Shown piece after piece: positions 25,485 to 35,191 of a DNA stretch of 58,796 nt. The notes under the pieces were generated by a model, which did not search any database, was not told the DNA's origin, and saw only the letters and a program-made list of their open reading frames with translations. Within the stretch, counting starts at the first letter, position 1, and each line of letters opens with the position of its first letter. The position numbers and the translations under genes are program-made. The stretch is taken from the IMG/VR virus record IMGVR_UViG_3300032287_001302. One strand, written 5' to 3'. The DNA is from a virus.

Positions 25485-27385
25485 CACCTGTCTATATAGA
25501 CTTTGAGACCTTTTGGTCTACTACTCACTCACTGACAAGGATGCCCCCGACAGAATACGTCATGCACCCTGATACAGAAATACAAGCGGTGGCTATCAAA
25601 GTAGCTAACTTCCCGACCGATGTGTACTTTGGCGAAGACAAAATACGAAAGGCGTTGCATAGCCTTGACTGGCATGACAAGATTGCCATTGGACACAACA
25701 TGTCCGGCTTTGATTCCATGATCCTTGCTTGGCGCTTTGGCATCAAGCCTAAGATGTGGGGTTGCACGCAAGCCATGGCCATGTCCAAATATAAGAAGAC
25801 CTGTGGTGTATCACTGAAGAACCTGAGCAAAGAATTCAACATTGGCGCTAAGCTGAGCCTTGAGGCGACTAATACTAAGGGTAAACGCTTAGTTGACTTT
25901 ACGCCTACTGAGCTTGAGTCCATGAAAGAGTACAACAAGGTCGATACTGACCTGTGTGCGAAGTTGTTCAAAGAACTAGCCAAGGGTATATCCAAGGCCG
26001 AGATGGTTCAGATCGATATGACTACACGAATGCTTGTGGAGCCTAAGTTCAATCTCGACTACAGATTAATCCGGGAGGCACAAGAGTCTGTTAAAGCCGA
26101 AAAGAGTCGCTCACTACGTGAGCTAGCCGAGCAGATCGGCATCGACGATATCGTGGACGAAGTATCTATTGAAGAGCAAGTGCGTACCCAACTGGCTAGT
26201 TCGGCTAAGTTCTCCGAGTTGCTTACGAGCCTTGGCATCGATCCTCCGATGAAACAGTCGCCGACTAACCCTGCCAAGATGACACCTGCGTTGGCTAAGA
26301 CCGACGAGGAGTTCATCAAGCTCCAAGAACACGCTAACCCAATCGTTGCTGCGGCTGCAAGGGCGCGCCTCGAAGTCAAGTCCACGCTGCTGGAGACACG
26401 CCTAGAAGCGTTCATTCGTGCGGCTGATGCCTGTGGTGGCAAGTTGCCCGTGCCTCTTAGATACTGCGGTGCTGACACAACTGGTCGTTGGTCCGGCGAG
26501 CAATACAACATGCAGAACCTACCGCGTATAGGTAAAAACCCTAAGCCATCTGACGCATTACGCATGAGCCTTCTTGCCCCCAAGGGTTACAAAGTTATCG
26601 TGGCTGATCTGTCAGGTATTGAACTAAGGGTAAACCACTACTTGTGGAAGGTTCCGTCGTCTATGGAGATGTATGCGGGCGATGCCGAAGCCGACTTGTA
26701 CCGAGCGTTTGCTGCTGCAAGGTACGACATTGACCCAGAAGCGGTAACTAAAGATCAACGACAACTAGCCAAGGTCGCTCAGTTAGGTCTAGGCTTTGGG
26801 GCGGGTGCGCCCACGTTCAAGCGTGTAGCCAAACTCATGGGCGGCTTAGAGCTTACAGATGCCGAGTCGCTGAGCATCGTGACGGATTGGCGTGAGCAGT
26901 ATTCAGACATTGTGGATGGGTGGAAGTCCTTTCAAAAGAGTCTGATCGATCTGATGCAAGGCAATGAGACTGCCATTGATCCATGGGGTATGTGCGTTAC
27001 CGAACACAAAGCGGTTCGCCTGCCATCAGGCCGACGCATTTACTATCCGGAGTTGCGCAAGGAAGTAGACAACGGCAAGCACGAATGGTGGTATGGAGCA
27101 GGCCGGCACAAGGCTCGTATCTATGCCGGGAAAGGTGTAGAGAATCTTGTCCAAGCCCTTGCCCGAGATGTGATTGCGGGTAACGCCCTTGAGTTTCGTA
27201 AGCGCACGCAAATGTCGCCAGCACTCATGGTGCATGATGAGCTTGTTTATGTAGTGCCTGAAACTTATGCTGAGACGCTGCTCAAAGAGTTGCAAAACAT
27301 TATGCGCACACCGCCTGCATGGTGGCCTGAGTTGGTCACATGGTCTGAAGGTGACATAGCTGATTGCTATGGAGAAGCTAAGTAG
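25481..27385 (+). CDS. Family A DNA polymerase with 3'-5' exonuclease domain (634 aa)
   Basis: Exo motifs IDFET, HNMSGFD, YNKVDTD; pol motif A DLSGIELRV, motif B RQLAKVAQLGLGFGAG, motif C MVHDELVY. Confidence 0.9.
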   Translation: MTPVYIDFETFWSTTHSLTRMPPTEYVMHPDTEIQAVAIKVANFPTDVYFGEDKIRKALHSLDWHDKIAIGHNMSGFDSMILAWRFGIKPKMWGCTQAMAMSKYKKTCGVSLKNLSKEFNIGAKLSLEATNTKGKRLVDFTPTELESMKEYNKVDTDLCAKLFKELAKGISKAEMVQIDMTTRMLVEPKFNLDYRLIREAQESVKAEKSRSLRELAEQIGIDDIVDEVSIEEQVRTQLASSAKFSELLTSLGIDPPMKQSPTNPAKMTPALAKTDEEFIKLQEHANPIVAAAARARLEVKSTLLETRLEAFIRAADACGGKLPVPLRYCGADTTGRWSGEQYNMQNLPRIGKNPKPSDALRMSLLAPKGYKVIVADLSGIELRVNHYLWKVPSSMEMYAGDAEADLYRAFAAARYDIDPEAVTKDQRQLAKVAQLGLGFGAGAPTFKRVAKLMGGLELTDAESLSIVTDWREQYSDIVDGWKSFQKSLIDLMQGNETAIDPWGMCVTEHKAVRLPSGRRIYYPELRKEVDNGKHEWWYGAGRHKARIYAGKGVENLVQALARDVIAGNALEFRKRTQMSPALMVHDELVYVVPETYAETLLKELQNIMRTPPAWWPELVTWSEGDIADCYGEAK

Positions 27386-27395
27386 AAACACGGGG

Positions 27396-27424
27396 TTGAC
27401 AAACCACATACACACCTATATATT
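27396..27424 (+). promoter_or_regulatory. Sigma70-type promoter
   Basis: TTGACA, exactly 17 nt, then TATATT, 23 nt upstream of the ATG at 27448. Confidence 0.65.
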
Positions 27425-27447
27425 GGTAGTTCGACCCCGACCGAATC

Positions 27448-28134
27448 ATGAGTTGGGGCGTGAAGCATTGGAAACATATGATGCCTGCATGGACGTACAG
27501 CCAACTTGATTCATTCGAGAGCTGTCCAAAAAAGTTCTATCACTTAAAAGTGGTTCGGGACGTAGTAGAGCCGCCTACAGAACATACTGTATGGGGTACA
27601 AGAGTTCACACGGCCTTTGAAAACTTCATTCTCCATGGAGAACTGCTACCCGAAGGTATGGATCAGTGGCAACCTATTGCTGACAAGATTGCAAAGCTTG
27701 GTGGGAAGAAACACGCTGAACTTAAGTTTGCCATTGACAAGAACTTTCAACCTGCTGACTGGAAGGAAGCGTGGAGCAGAGGCATCGCTGACTTGGTTGT
27801 CATCAACGGCAAAAAGGCAGTCGTCATGGACTACAAGACCGGAAAGCGCAAGCCGTCTGAGCAACTTGATTTGTATGCCGCTTACGTATTCCACTACTAT
27901 CCTGAGGTGCAAGAAGTTACAACCGTATTTGTGTGGCTTAAGGAAAAGAAATTAGATAAGAAAAAAGTCATGCGAAGCGAACTAGCCGATGTATGGCAAG
28001 GTTTACTGCCACGAGCAATGCGCTTAGAGCGAGCCTATGACAAAGATGAATGGCCTGCACGATCATCCGGTCTGTGTAAGGCGTGGTGTCCTGTTATCAC
28101 CTGCAGCTTCAACGGCAAGAGAGACAAGCTATGA
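27448..28134 (+). CDS. Cas4/RecB-like PD-(D/E)XK exonuclease with a putative 4-Cys cluster (228 aa)
   Basis: IADL..VVMDYKTGK, QLDLYAAY, one N-terminal Cys (FESCPKK) plus C-terminal CKAWCPVITC. Confidence 0.7.
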   Translation: MSWGVKHWKHMMPAWTYSQLDSFESCPKKFYHLKVVRDVVEPPTEHTVWGTRVHTAFENFILHGELLPEGMDQWQPIADKIAKLGGKKHAELKFAIDKNFQPADWKEAWSRGIADLVVINGKKAVVMDYKTGKRKPSEQLDLYAAYVFHYYPEVQEVTTVFVWLKEKKLDKKKVMRSELADVWQGLLPRAMRLERAYDKDEWPARSSGLCKAWCPVITCSFNGKRDKL

Positions 28135-28427
28135 CACCCGAAGGCAAGGTCAAAGATGCCGTGCGCAAACTACTTAAAGAGCGTACCATTTGGTACTACC
28201 AACCCATGCAAAACGGTATGGGGCAAGTCGGAATCCCTGACTTCATTTGTTGTTGGAATGGCCGGTTTTTAGGAATAGAAACCAAAGCCCCCGGCAAGCG
28301 CAAAGACACGACCGCTAACCAAGACAGAGTGTTAGCCGAGATTATCAGCCACGGAGGTCACTCAGTTGTGGTTGACGACGTGAAACAGTTACACGACTTC
28401 TTAGACAACATCGCATGGAGAGCATGA
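28131..28427 (+). CDS. VRR-NUC domain nuclease (98 aa)
   Basis: GIPDF...GIETKAPGK...NQ pattern; ATGA overlap at the start. Confidence 0.75.
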   Translation: MTPEGKVKDAVRKLLKERTIWYYQPMQNGMGQVGIPDFICCWNGRFLGIETKAPGKRKDTTANQDRVLAEIISHGGHSVVVDDVKQLHDFLDNIAWRA

Positions 28428-28693
28428 TGGCTACATCATCTAAACAGAAACTCGCATATCAAAAAGATTACAACGCTCGCCCCGAAGAAGTGGCTAAGCG
28501 TGTGAAGAATAACGCTGCAAGGCGTGAAGCCATCAAGACCGGCAAAGCAAAAGTCGGCGATGGAAAGGACGTTGCCCACGTAGTTTCGTTGGCTAACGGT
28601 GGTGGTAATACGAAAGGAAATACCAAAGTGCAAGACCAAAAGACCAACCGAGGATGGAGAAAAGGTAGTGGCAGTTACAACCCGGATAAATGA
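28424..28693 (+). CDS. Hypothetical basic protein (89 aa)
   Basis: ATGA overlap; no confident motif. Confidence 0.5.
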   Translation: MMATSSKQKLAYQKDYNARPEEVAKRVKNNAARREAIKTGKAKVGDGKDVAHVVSLANGGGNTKGNTKVQDQKTNRGWRKGSGSYNPDK

Positions 28694-28925
28694 CTTTCCT
28701 ACTTGGAATGGGTATTCAAACAAACCATCATTGTTCGGCTATCCCATCCCTGATAACGTCAAAGCCGTAGATCATTCCTACGATGTATTGACAGATGGTG
28801 TACGTGTTGCATGGGCAACCTACACCGACCCGCAAGTAAAACTGTGGCATCACATGACTCTTGAACGACCAATAACAGAAGAACAAATAACCGCCCTTAT
28901 CGTAGCAATGAAACTATCATGCTAA
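28668..28925 (+). CDS. Hypothetical protein (85 aa, GTG start uncertain)
   Basis: GGAGAAAAGG before the GTG at 28668. Confidence 0.4.
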   Translation: MAVTTRINDFPTWNGYSNKPSLFGYPIPDNVKAVDHSYDVLTDGVRVAWATYTDPQVKLWHHMTLERPITEEQITALIVAMKLSC

Positions 28926-30487
28926 TACATAAAGAAAAGAAGGCAGTGTTACTTAAACTCAAACATCCTGAGAGAGTAACCACTGTCATACCATCAGCAG
29001 TAACAGTCAGTTATCAAGGCGGCAAAGTAGTTGCCGTGCCCCACAGACCTGATGAAACAAGGGTTCTGAGAAACTTAGGTTTTGAAGTCCCTGACCCGAT
29101 GCCCATTCACTATGCGTGGCCTAAGGTATCCGGCAAGTACGATCCGTTTGAAGCACAGCGAGAGACCTCAAGTTTCTTATCTATGCACAGTAGAGCGTTC
29201 TGCCTTAACGACATGGGAACTGGCAAAACTAATTCTGCCCTTTGGTCTTATGACTATCTGCGTAGAACAAGACAAGTCAAGCGCATGCTTGTAGTGTGTC
29301 CGCTCTCGACCATGGAGCGAACATGGGGTGACTCGGTATTCCAAACCTTTCCTCACCTTACAGCCACAGTGTTGTACGGTAACAGGGATCGCAGAGCTAA
29401 GTTACTTAAGCAGCCGGCGGATGTTTACATCATTAACATTGACGGCCTGTCTATCATTAAGGACGAACTAAAAGACCGAGATGACATTGATCTAATCGTC
29501 GTTGACGAACTGGCCCTTGCTCGCAATGCAAGCACCGAGCGTTGGAAGACGTTGAACGAGATTTGTAACAAACAATTCCCACGCAGAGTATGGGGTATGA
29601 CGGGCTCACCTACGCCTAACGCACCAACCGACGCATGGGCACAATGCAAACTCATCACGCCTGACAACCATGACTTACCTAAATACTTTGGTAAGTTCCG
29701 CGACCTTGTAATGCGTCAGTTGACACAGTACAAATGGATAGCAAGACCGGATGCCAATGACACTGTTTATCAACTCATGCAACCATCGATTAGGTACTCC
29801 CTAGACGACTGTGTGGACTTGCCCGAGCAGGTGTTTCTGACCCGGGATGTTGAGATGACCGACGAGCAAAAGAAAGCATACAAAGACATGCTGAGCAAGC
29901 TCGCTACTGAGTACAAGGGCGGCCAGATTCTGGCAGTCAACGAAGCCGTTAAGGCTAACAAGCTTATTCAAATAGCTTGCGGTGTTGCATACGGAACCAA
30001 CGGCGAAGAGGTAGTCATACCATCTAAACCACGCATGGATGCACTGAAAGAATTGATCGACGAATCCAGTGGCAAAGTCATTGTGTTTGTCCCCTTGACC
30101 GCGGCGCTTGAGACCGTAGCAAAAGAGTTAGCAAAAGACTGGTCTGTGGAGATTGTCCATGGAGAAACTAGCAAAGCTGAACGTGACTTGATCTTCTCGT
30201 CCTTTCAGAAAACCAACGACCCTCGTGTGCTTGTGGCTAACGCTGCGACCATGAGTCACGGCTTAACTTTAACAGCCGCTACGACCATTGTTTGGTACGC
30301 TCCCGTACACAGCAATGAGATATACGAACAAGCATGTGCGCGTGTAAGACGACCCGGCCAAACCAAGACAACAGTGATTGCACACATCGCTGGCTCCGAC
30401 GTTGAACGACGTGTATACAAGCGCTTGCAAGACAAACAATCTATGCAAGGAATTTTGCTTGAAATGATGAAAGATCGACCCGAATAG
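28919..30487 (+). CDS. SNF2-family helicase (522 aa)
   Basis: Motif I DMGTGKT, motif II VVDELA, motif VI QACARVRRPGQTK. Confidence 0.85.
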   Translation: MLIHKEKKAVLLKLKHPERVTTVIPSAVTVSYQGGKVVAVPHRPDETRVLRNLGFEVPDPMPIHYAWPKVSGKYDPFEAQRETSSFLSMHSRAFCLNDMGTGKTNSALWSYDYLRRTRQVKRMLVVCPLSTMERTWGDSVFQTFPHLTATVLYGNRDRRAKLLKQPADVYIINIDGLSIIKDELKDRDDIDLIVVDELALARNASTERWKTLNEICNKQFPRRVWGMTGSPTPNAPTDAWAQCKLITPDNHDLPKYFGKFRDLVMRQLTQYKWIARPDANDTVYQLMQPSIRYSLDDCVDLPEQVFLTRDVEMTDEQKKAYKDMLSKLATEYKGGQILAVNEAVKANKLIQIACGVAYGTNGEEVVIPSKPRMDALKELIDESSGKVIVFVPLTAALETVAKELAKDWSVEIVHGETSKAERDLIFSSFQKTNDPRVLVANAATMSHGLTLTAATTIVWYAPVHSNEIYEQACARVRRPGQTKTTVIAHIAGSDVERRVYKRLQDKQSMQGILLEMMKDRPE

Positions 30488-30499
30488 GGTTCACCCCTA

Positions 30500-30528
30500 T
30501 TTACAAAACGCCGACACGAGCGTAAATT
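30500..30528 (+). promoter_or_regulatory. Sigma70-type promoter abutting a palindromic motif
   Basis: TTTACA, 17 nt, TAAATT; TAGGGTTCACCCCTA (30485-30499) lies immediately upstream. Confidence 0.5.
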
Positions 30529-30550
30529 TAATACCCCCCAAGGAAACAAT

Positions 30551-30934
30551 ATGAAACTATCAGATGCAGTAGGCTTATACGTCAAATTGCGCGATCAAAA
30601 AGCCAAGATGAAAGCCGAGTATCAAGATGCAGTTGCGCCCGTCCAAGAGAAAATGGACAAGTTAGAGGCTAAACTGTTGGAAGTATTTAACACTACAGGA
30701 ATGGACTCAATTAAAACTGAGTTCGGCACTGCTTATACATCGACAAGGACGACGGCCAGTGTTGCTGACCGCGATGTATTCATGGACTACGTGAAGGCTA
30801 ACGAAGAATGGAGCCTCATGGAAGTTCGTGCGTCCGCTACTGCTATCAAGCAGTTCCAAGAAGCAAGTGACGGAGACATACCACCGGGGATCAATCTCAG
30901 TGTGGAACGTACCGTAAACATTCGCCGCTCTTAA
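30551..30934 (+). CDS. Coiled-coil protein (127 aa), possibly a Gam/gp157-like recombination accessory factor
   Basis: AAGGAAA ribosome-binding site; N-terminal coiled coil. The family guess is weak. Confidence 0.5.
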   Translation: MKLSDAVGLYVKLRDQKAKMKAEYQDAVAPVQEKMDKLEAKLLEVFNTTGMDSIKTEFGTAYTSTRTTASVADRDVFMDYVKANEEWSLMEVRASATAIKQFQEASDGDIPPGINLSVERTVNIRRS

Positions 30935-30952
30935 TCAACCCTAGGAAACAAA

Positions 30953-31852
30953 ATGCAAATCATCCCATTTGACAGTGGCAACTTACCCGCCCACTTTAAA
31001 AAGCGTGTCTCCGGTCTTAACGCTGATCTCATGTCAGCAGGCGGCGGAGGATTCCCAGTCGTGTCTATCAAGGGCAAAGTCTTTGCCGTAGTGAAAGCCG
31101 GCGAGCGTAAAGTTTTGCCTAACCCCAAAGACCCTGACAGCCCTGCTACAAGCATTGACGCTGTGATTATTAAGGGCAACCCCGGTTCTGCCAAGGTGTT
31201 CTACATGAAGGGCTACGATCCTGAGTCTAGCGAGAAGCAAAAGCCTGACTGCTACTCAAACGATGGCATAGCTCCAGCATCCGATGCGGCTAACGCTCAG
31301 TCTAAGAAGTGTGCAACGTGTACACACAACCAGTTTGGTTCTGCCCGTATGGGTAAAGGCAAGGCTTGCTCAGATTCTAAGCGTTTGGCCATTGCCGCCG
31401 TTGACCAAATCAACGAGCCTATGTTGCTCCGCATCCCACCCGCATCGCTCAAGCCATTGTCTGAGTACGTGAAGTTCTTGGACAACCGTGGTGCTGACTA
31501 CGATCAAGTGATTACAAAGATCAGCTTTGATATGGAAGCCGAGTCTCCAAAGCTTGCGTTCAAGCCCGTGGGTATCTTGGACGACGAGACCTACAAGGAA
31601 GTCAAGGAAATGTCTGAATCCGAAACGGTTCGTGACATTATTGGCGGTAGCATGACTGCGGTGCATGAATCACTGGCCGAGGCTGATGTCAAAGAAACCA
31701 AAGCAGCAGCCGTTGCTACGGAAGAAGTGATTGAGAAAGCCAAGCCTAAATCCGAAGCTAAGCCTGCGGCCAAGCCCAAGGTTGAGAAGAAAGTTGAGCC
31801 CGAGATCGCGGTTGACGATTTAGATATCGCTGACATTGATTTTGACGACTGA
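30953..31852 (+). CDS. Putative ssDNA-binding protein (299 aa) with a Cys cluster and acidic C-terminal tail
   Basis: C-terminus DDLDIADIDFDD resembles SSB/gp2.5 tails; central PDC..CATC..C cluster. Confidence 0.45.
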   Translation: MQIIPFDSGNLPAHFKKRVSGLNADLMSAGGGGFPVVSIKGKVFAVVKAGERKVLPNPKDPDSPATSIDAVIIKGNPGSAKVFYMKGYDPESSEKQKPDCYSNDGIAPASDAANAQSKKCATCTHNQFGSARMGKGKACSDSKRLAIAAVDQINEPMLLRIPPASLKPLSEYVKFLDNRGADYDQVITKISFDMEAESPKLAFKPVGILDDETYKEVKEMSESETVRDIIGGSMTAVHESLAEADVKETKAAAVATEEVIEKAKPKSEAKPAAKPKVEKKVEPEIAVDDLDIADIDFDD

Positions 31853-31926
31853 TTGAATCGGGGGGAACGTCGTGCAATTTAGCTTGCGGACGAACGGCTA
31901 GTACCCCCACCCACCTTGGAGTACAT

Positions 31927-32178
31927 ATGAGTTATGCAATTGAAGCGCGTAAAGTCGCCGGCGTTGTGAAAGAGGCGAACTTTGCTATCGCGGGTAAAGG
32001 ATTCAATCATGGAGAAATCATTCTTGGCTTAGCCGAGTTGACTGCTCGTGTAATCGTTGAGTCTGGCCGGAACAGCATCCAAATGGATGAGATGAAAGCC
32101 GCCGTCGTAAGCCACTTAGACCGAACCATTTCCATTGGTTCGCATGCCACTGGGAAGAGCGTTATCGAAAGAGTGTGA
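31927..32178 (+). CDS. Hypothetical protein (83 aa)
   Basis: GGAG upstream of the ATG. Confidence 0.5.
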   Translation: MSYAIEARKVAGVVKEANFAIAGKGFNHGEIILGLAELTARVIVESGRNSIQMDEMKAAVVSHLDRTISIGSHATGKSVIERV

Positions 32179-32179
32179 G

Positions 32180-35146
32180 ATGACCGCACTCGATTTTCTC
32201 AAGTTGATACTGCCGGAACACGGCATACATTACATCGCCCTTTTTAAAGAGGGTAACAAGTTTCCTGCGCACCTAGTCCAAGTTGATCTTGAAGACATGG
32301 CGGATAAGATCGCCGAGATCGCGCCACGAAGCAATTACCAAATCTACCATGCGTGTGCGGCTTACCTCAAACCTGCCGTGGAGATAGACCAGCCTGACGG
32401 TTCGGTCAAAAAGAAATACCGCATCCCTGAGAATTGGGATAGCGCACGATCATTTTGGGTTGACCTAGATTGTGGACAAGCTAAGTTTGACAAGGGTGAT
32501 GGATACCTCACCAAGAAAGATGCAGTCATTGCCATCACAAAGTTTGCCAAAGATGTAGATTGGCCTCGACCACTCATCGTAGATTCCGGCAACGGGGTTC
32601 ATGCCTACTGGCCGCTGACCAAAGATATTAAAGCCGCTACGTGGGTGAAGGTTGCAACGGCCTTGAAGTCAGCGCTTGCTCACGCAGGTGTTATTGCCGA
32701 TCCTAGTCGCACTGCCGACTTTGCATCGATCCTGAGACCACCGGGGGCAATCAATCGTAAGAACGGTGAAGCAAAAACAGTCAAAGTTCTAGCCTCATGC
32801 GAACCATGCGAGCCGTCAGACCTTGCTGCAAAGCTAAGCGTATACGTCAAGACCAACCAAGTCAAGATGATTAAAGATGCGCCCATCAGGGAGCGCAATA
32901 AGAATTCCGACTTGATGATGGAATTCCCACAAGTGGATACGTCCCTTGATGTGCTTGTAACTAAGTGTTCCCAAGTCGCAGCGATGCGTTCTGAGAAGGG
33001 TGACATTGGGTACGAGCACTGGCGCGGTGTAGCCGGCCTTGCAAAATACTGCACGGATGGCGAAGCCCTAATGCACAACTGGAGCGAAGACTATCCCGGT
33101 TATACATACGAAGAGACACAGGCCAAGATCGATACTTGGACAATGGCTCCGACACTGTGCGAGTTCTTTGAGAAATGCAACCCTGACGGATGTACGGGCT
33201 GTGAGTTCAAGGGTAAGATTAAAACTCCTATGGTTCTTGGTAGGGTTATCCCTATATCTGTCGAAGTGGAAAAAGAAACTGTCACCGAAGAAGGCGTTGT
33301 TCAAACGGTTGTAATTCCTGCGTTGCCAACTGGCTACCTATGGGATGGTCAACTCATGAGCCGCCTAATTCCTGACAAGGATGGTGTACTGCACCCCATG
33401 GTTTTCTGCCACGACCTGTTCTATTTAACGAGCCGCATCCGCGGTGAAGACGGCACGTATCGACACGGTGTTCGCATGCACATGGCGAACAATAAGATTC
33501 GTGAGTTTGATATTTCCGGCGAGTCAATCGCTTCTAACACGGACATGCTACGGGCACTAGCCAAGCATGAACTACACACCAGTAACCACAAAGACGCAGG
33601 TTCTCACATGGCTGCATATTTACGCGACCAACTTAAAGCATTGAAAGCACAAGTTGAGGAGACTAGCACGATGACCAGTTTTGGCTGGCGCGATGATAGA
33701 TCGTTCTTGCTCGGTGACAGGTTGCACTGTAAGGACGGCACGACCCGTACTGTATTAGTAGGCGGTAACGCTCGCAGATACGCCAAGCACATGGTTCCCA
33801 AGGGTACGATGGAAGGCTACGCTCGTGGCCTAAACTATCTCTACAACCGAGAAGGCGCTGAACCTTGGCAGTATGCCTTGTGCGCCGGATGGGGAACGCT
33901 TCTATCACCTATGTGCGAGTCCTTGTACAAAGGCGTTCTGTTTGCACTGCACGGAGGAGATACTGCTCGTGGTAAAACCACGGTATGCCATGCATCGCTT
34001 GCGGCGTTTGGTGCGCCATCAGAGCTGTCTATTAACGGCAAGCAGGGCTTTACACCCCTTGCTCTGTGGGCAGTGCTTGGTACGATTCGCGGCATGCCTG
34101 TATTGCTAGATGAGTTATCTACAGCAGAGCCTAGCACCATCAGCGACATTGCTTACGGCATAGCTAACGGCAGAGAGCGTCAGCGTCTTAAATCCTCTGG
34201 CGGCACGGTCAGTCTTGCTGAATCAGCCGAGTGGCGTTTGAATATGTTTGTAACTGGCAACATGGATTTTCACGGCATGCTAGCGTCAAATCAAGCAAAC
34301 TCACAAGCCGAAGCGGTTCGCGTTATTCAGTTGAGCGTAGACAGGTATTCTCATTTAGCCAACTCAAATGTTGATGGGGATACAGAAGCCCGTAGCCGGG
34401 AAATTGCACAAGCACTGGACGAGCTTGATCGCAACAACGGTATTGCCGGTGACATGATGGTGAAGTACGTTGTGGCCAACTACGATAGCATTGCTGAAGA
34501 AGTTCAGACCATGGTGCACCAACTTACTGTGGAAATACCCAGTCCAAAGTACAGGTTTTATCGTAGCCACACGGCGTGTACCATTGTCATGGCTCGTATC
34601 TGCAAGCAACTGGGTATCATTGACTTTGATCTTGATGCCTTATATACATTCATTATTGCCACAATACGCGACCTTGCAGAATCAGTGATGCTGTCTAATA
34701 CAGTGACAGATGAGGAAGCATTTAGTCGCATGGTCAGTTCACTGGCCAGTCGTATCTTGGTAACAAATGAATTTAGGGATAAGCGCGATGGTCGTGGCCC
34801 TGAGACACCACGTAGCCGGATCATTGGTGAAGTGGCGGGACGTTACGTTCTTGGTACGCAAAAGGACAAAGCCTGTGCAGGGCACATGATGCTTGCGCAG
34901 AAGGAAATCCGAGACTGGTGTATAAAAAACCGTACGGACTACAACGTCATGATTAACAAACTGTCGGGCAATGGTTATCTTATATCCAAGGGCGAGAAGG
35001 TCACATTGACCAAGGGTACAGACTATCCAACAGTGCAACAGCGTTGCATTATCGTGGACATGTACAAGATAGATAAAGAAGCAGTTCCAACATTAACTTT
35101 GGTTCATAGCCAAGAAGTTGACGCAGATTCTTTAATGGGTGTATGA
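32180..35146 (+). CDS. Primase-polymerase (AEP) fused to a P-loop helicase (988 aa)
   Basis: WVDLDCG and DSGNGVHAYW primase-polymerase motifs; Walker A GGDTARGKTT. ATG at 32180 lies just after the upstream stop. Confidence 0.8.
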   Translation: MTALDFLKLILPEHGIHYIALFKEGNKFPAHLVQVDLEDMADKIAEIAPRSNYQIYHACAAYLKPAVEIDQPDGSVKKKYRIPENWDSARSFWVDLDCGQAKFDKGDGYLTKKDAVIAITKFAKDVDWPRPLIVDSGNGVHAYWPLTKDIKAATWVKVATALKSALAHAGVIADPSRTADFASILRPPGAINRKNGEAKTVKVLASCEPCEPSDLAAKLSVYVKTNQVKMIKDAPIRERNKNSDLMMEFPQVDTSLDVLVTKCSQVAAMRSEKGDIGYEHWRGVAGLAKYCTDGEALMHNWSEDYPGYTYEETQAKIDTWTMAPTLCEFFEKCNPDGCTGCEFKGKIKTPMVLGRVIPISVEVEKETVTEEGVVQTVVIPALPTGYLWDGQLMSRLIPDKDGVLHPMVFCHDLFYLTSRIRGEDGTYRHGVRMHMANNKIREFDISGESIASNTDMLRALAKHELHTSNHKDAGSHMAAYLRDQLKALKAQVEETSTMTSFGWRDDRSFLLGDRLHCKDGTTRTVLVGGNARRYAKHMVPKGTMEGYARGLNYLYNREGAEPWQYALCAGWGTLLSPMCESLYKGVLFALHGGDTARGKTTVCHASLAAFGAPSELSINGKQGFTPLALWAVLGTIRGMPVLLDELSTAEPSTISDIAYGIANGRERQRLKSSGGTVSLAESAEWRLNMFVTGNMDFHGMLASNQANSQAEAVRVIQLSVDRYSHLANSNVDGDTEARSREIAQALDELDRNNGIAGDMMVKYVVANYDSIAEEVQTMVHQLTVEIPSPKYRFYRSHTACTIVMARICKQLGIIDFDLDALYTFIIATIRDLAESVMLSNTVTDEEAFSRMVSSLASRILVTNEFRDKRDGRGPETPRSRIIGEVAGRYVLGTQKDKACAGHMMLAQKEIRDWCIKNRTDYNVMINKLSGNGYLISKGEKVTLTKGTDYPTVQQRCIIVDMYKIDKEAVPTLTLVHSQEVDADSLMGV

Positions 35147-35191
35147 TTCCCTCACCATGTTGCCATGGTTGTTTCCTTTTGGGTTTACTTT

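Noticed and set aside
28424-28693. HNH endonuclease call for the 89-aa basic protein (AHVVSLANGG..N..N)
   Set aside because: It has no cysteine or histidine zinc-finger pairs and lacks a full beta-beta-alpha-metal signature. The evidence is too weak to call.
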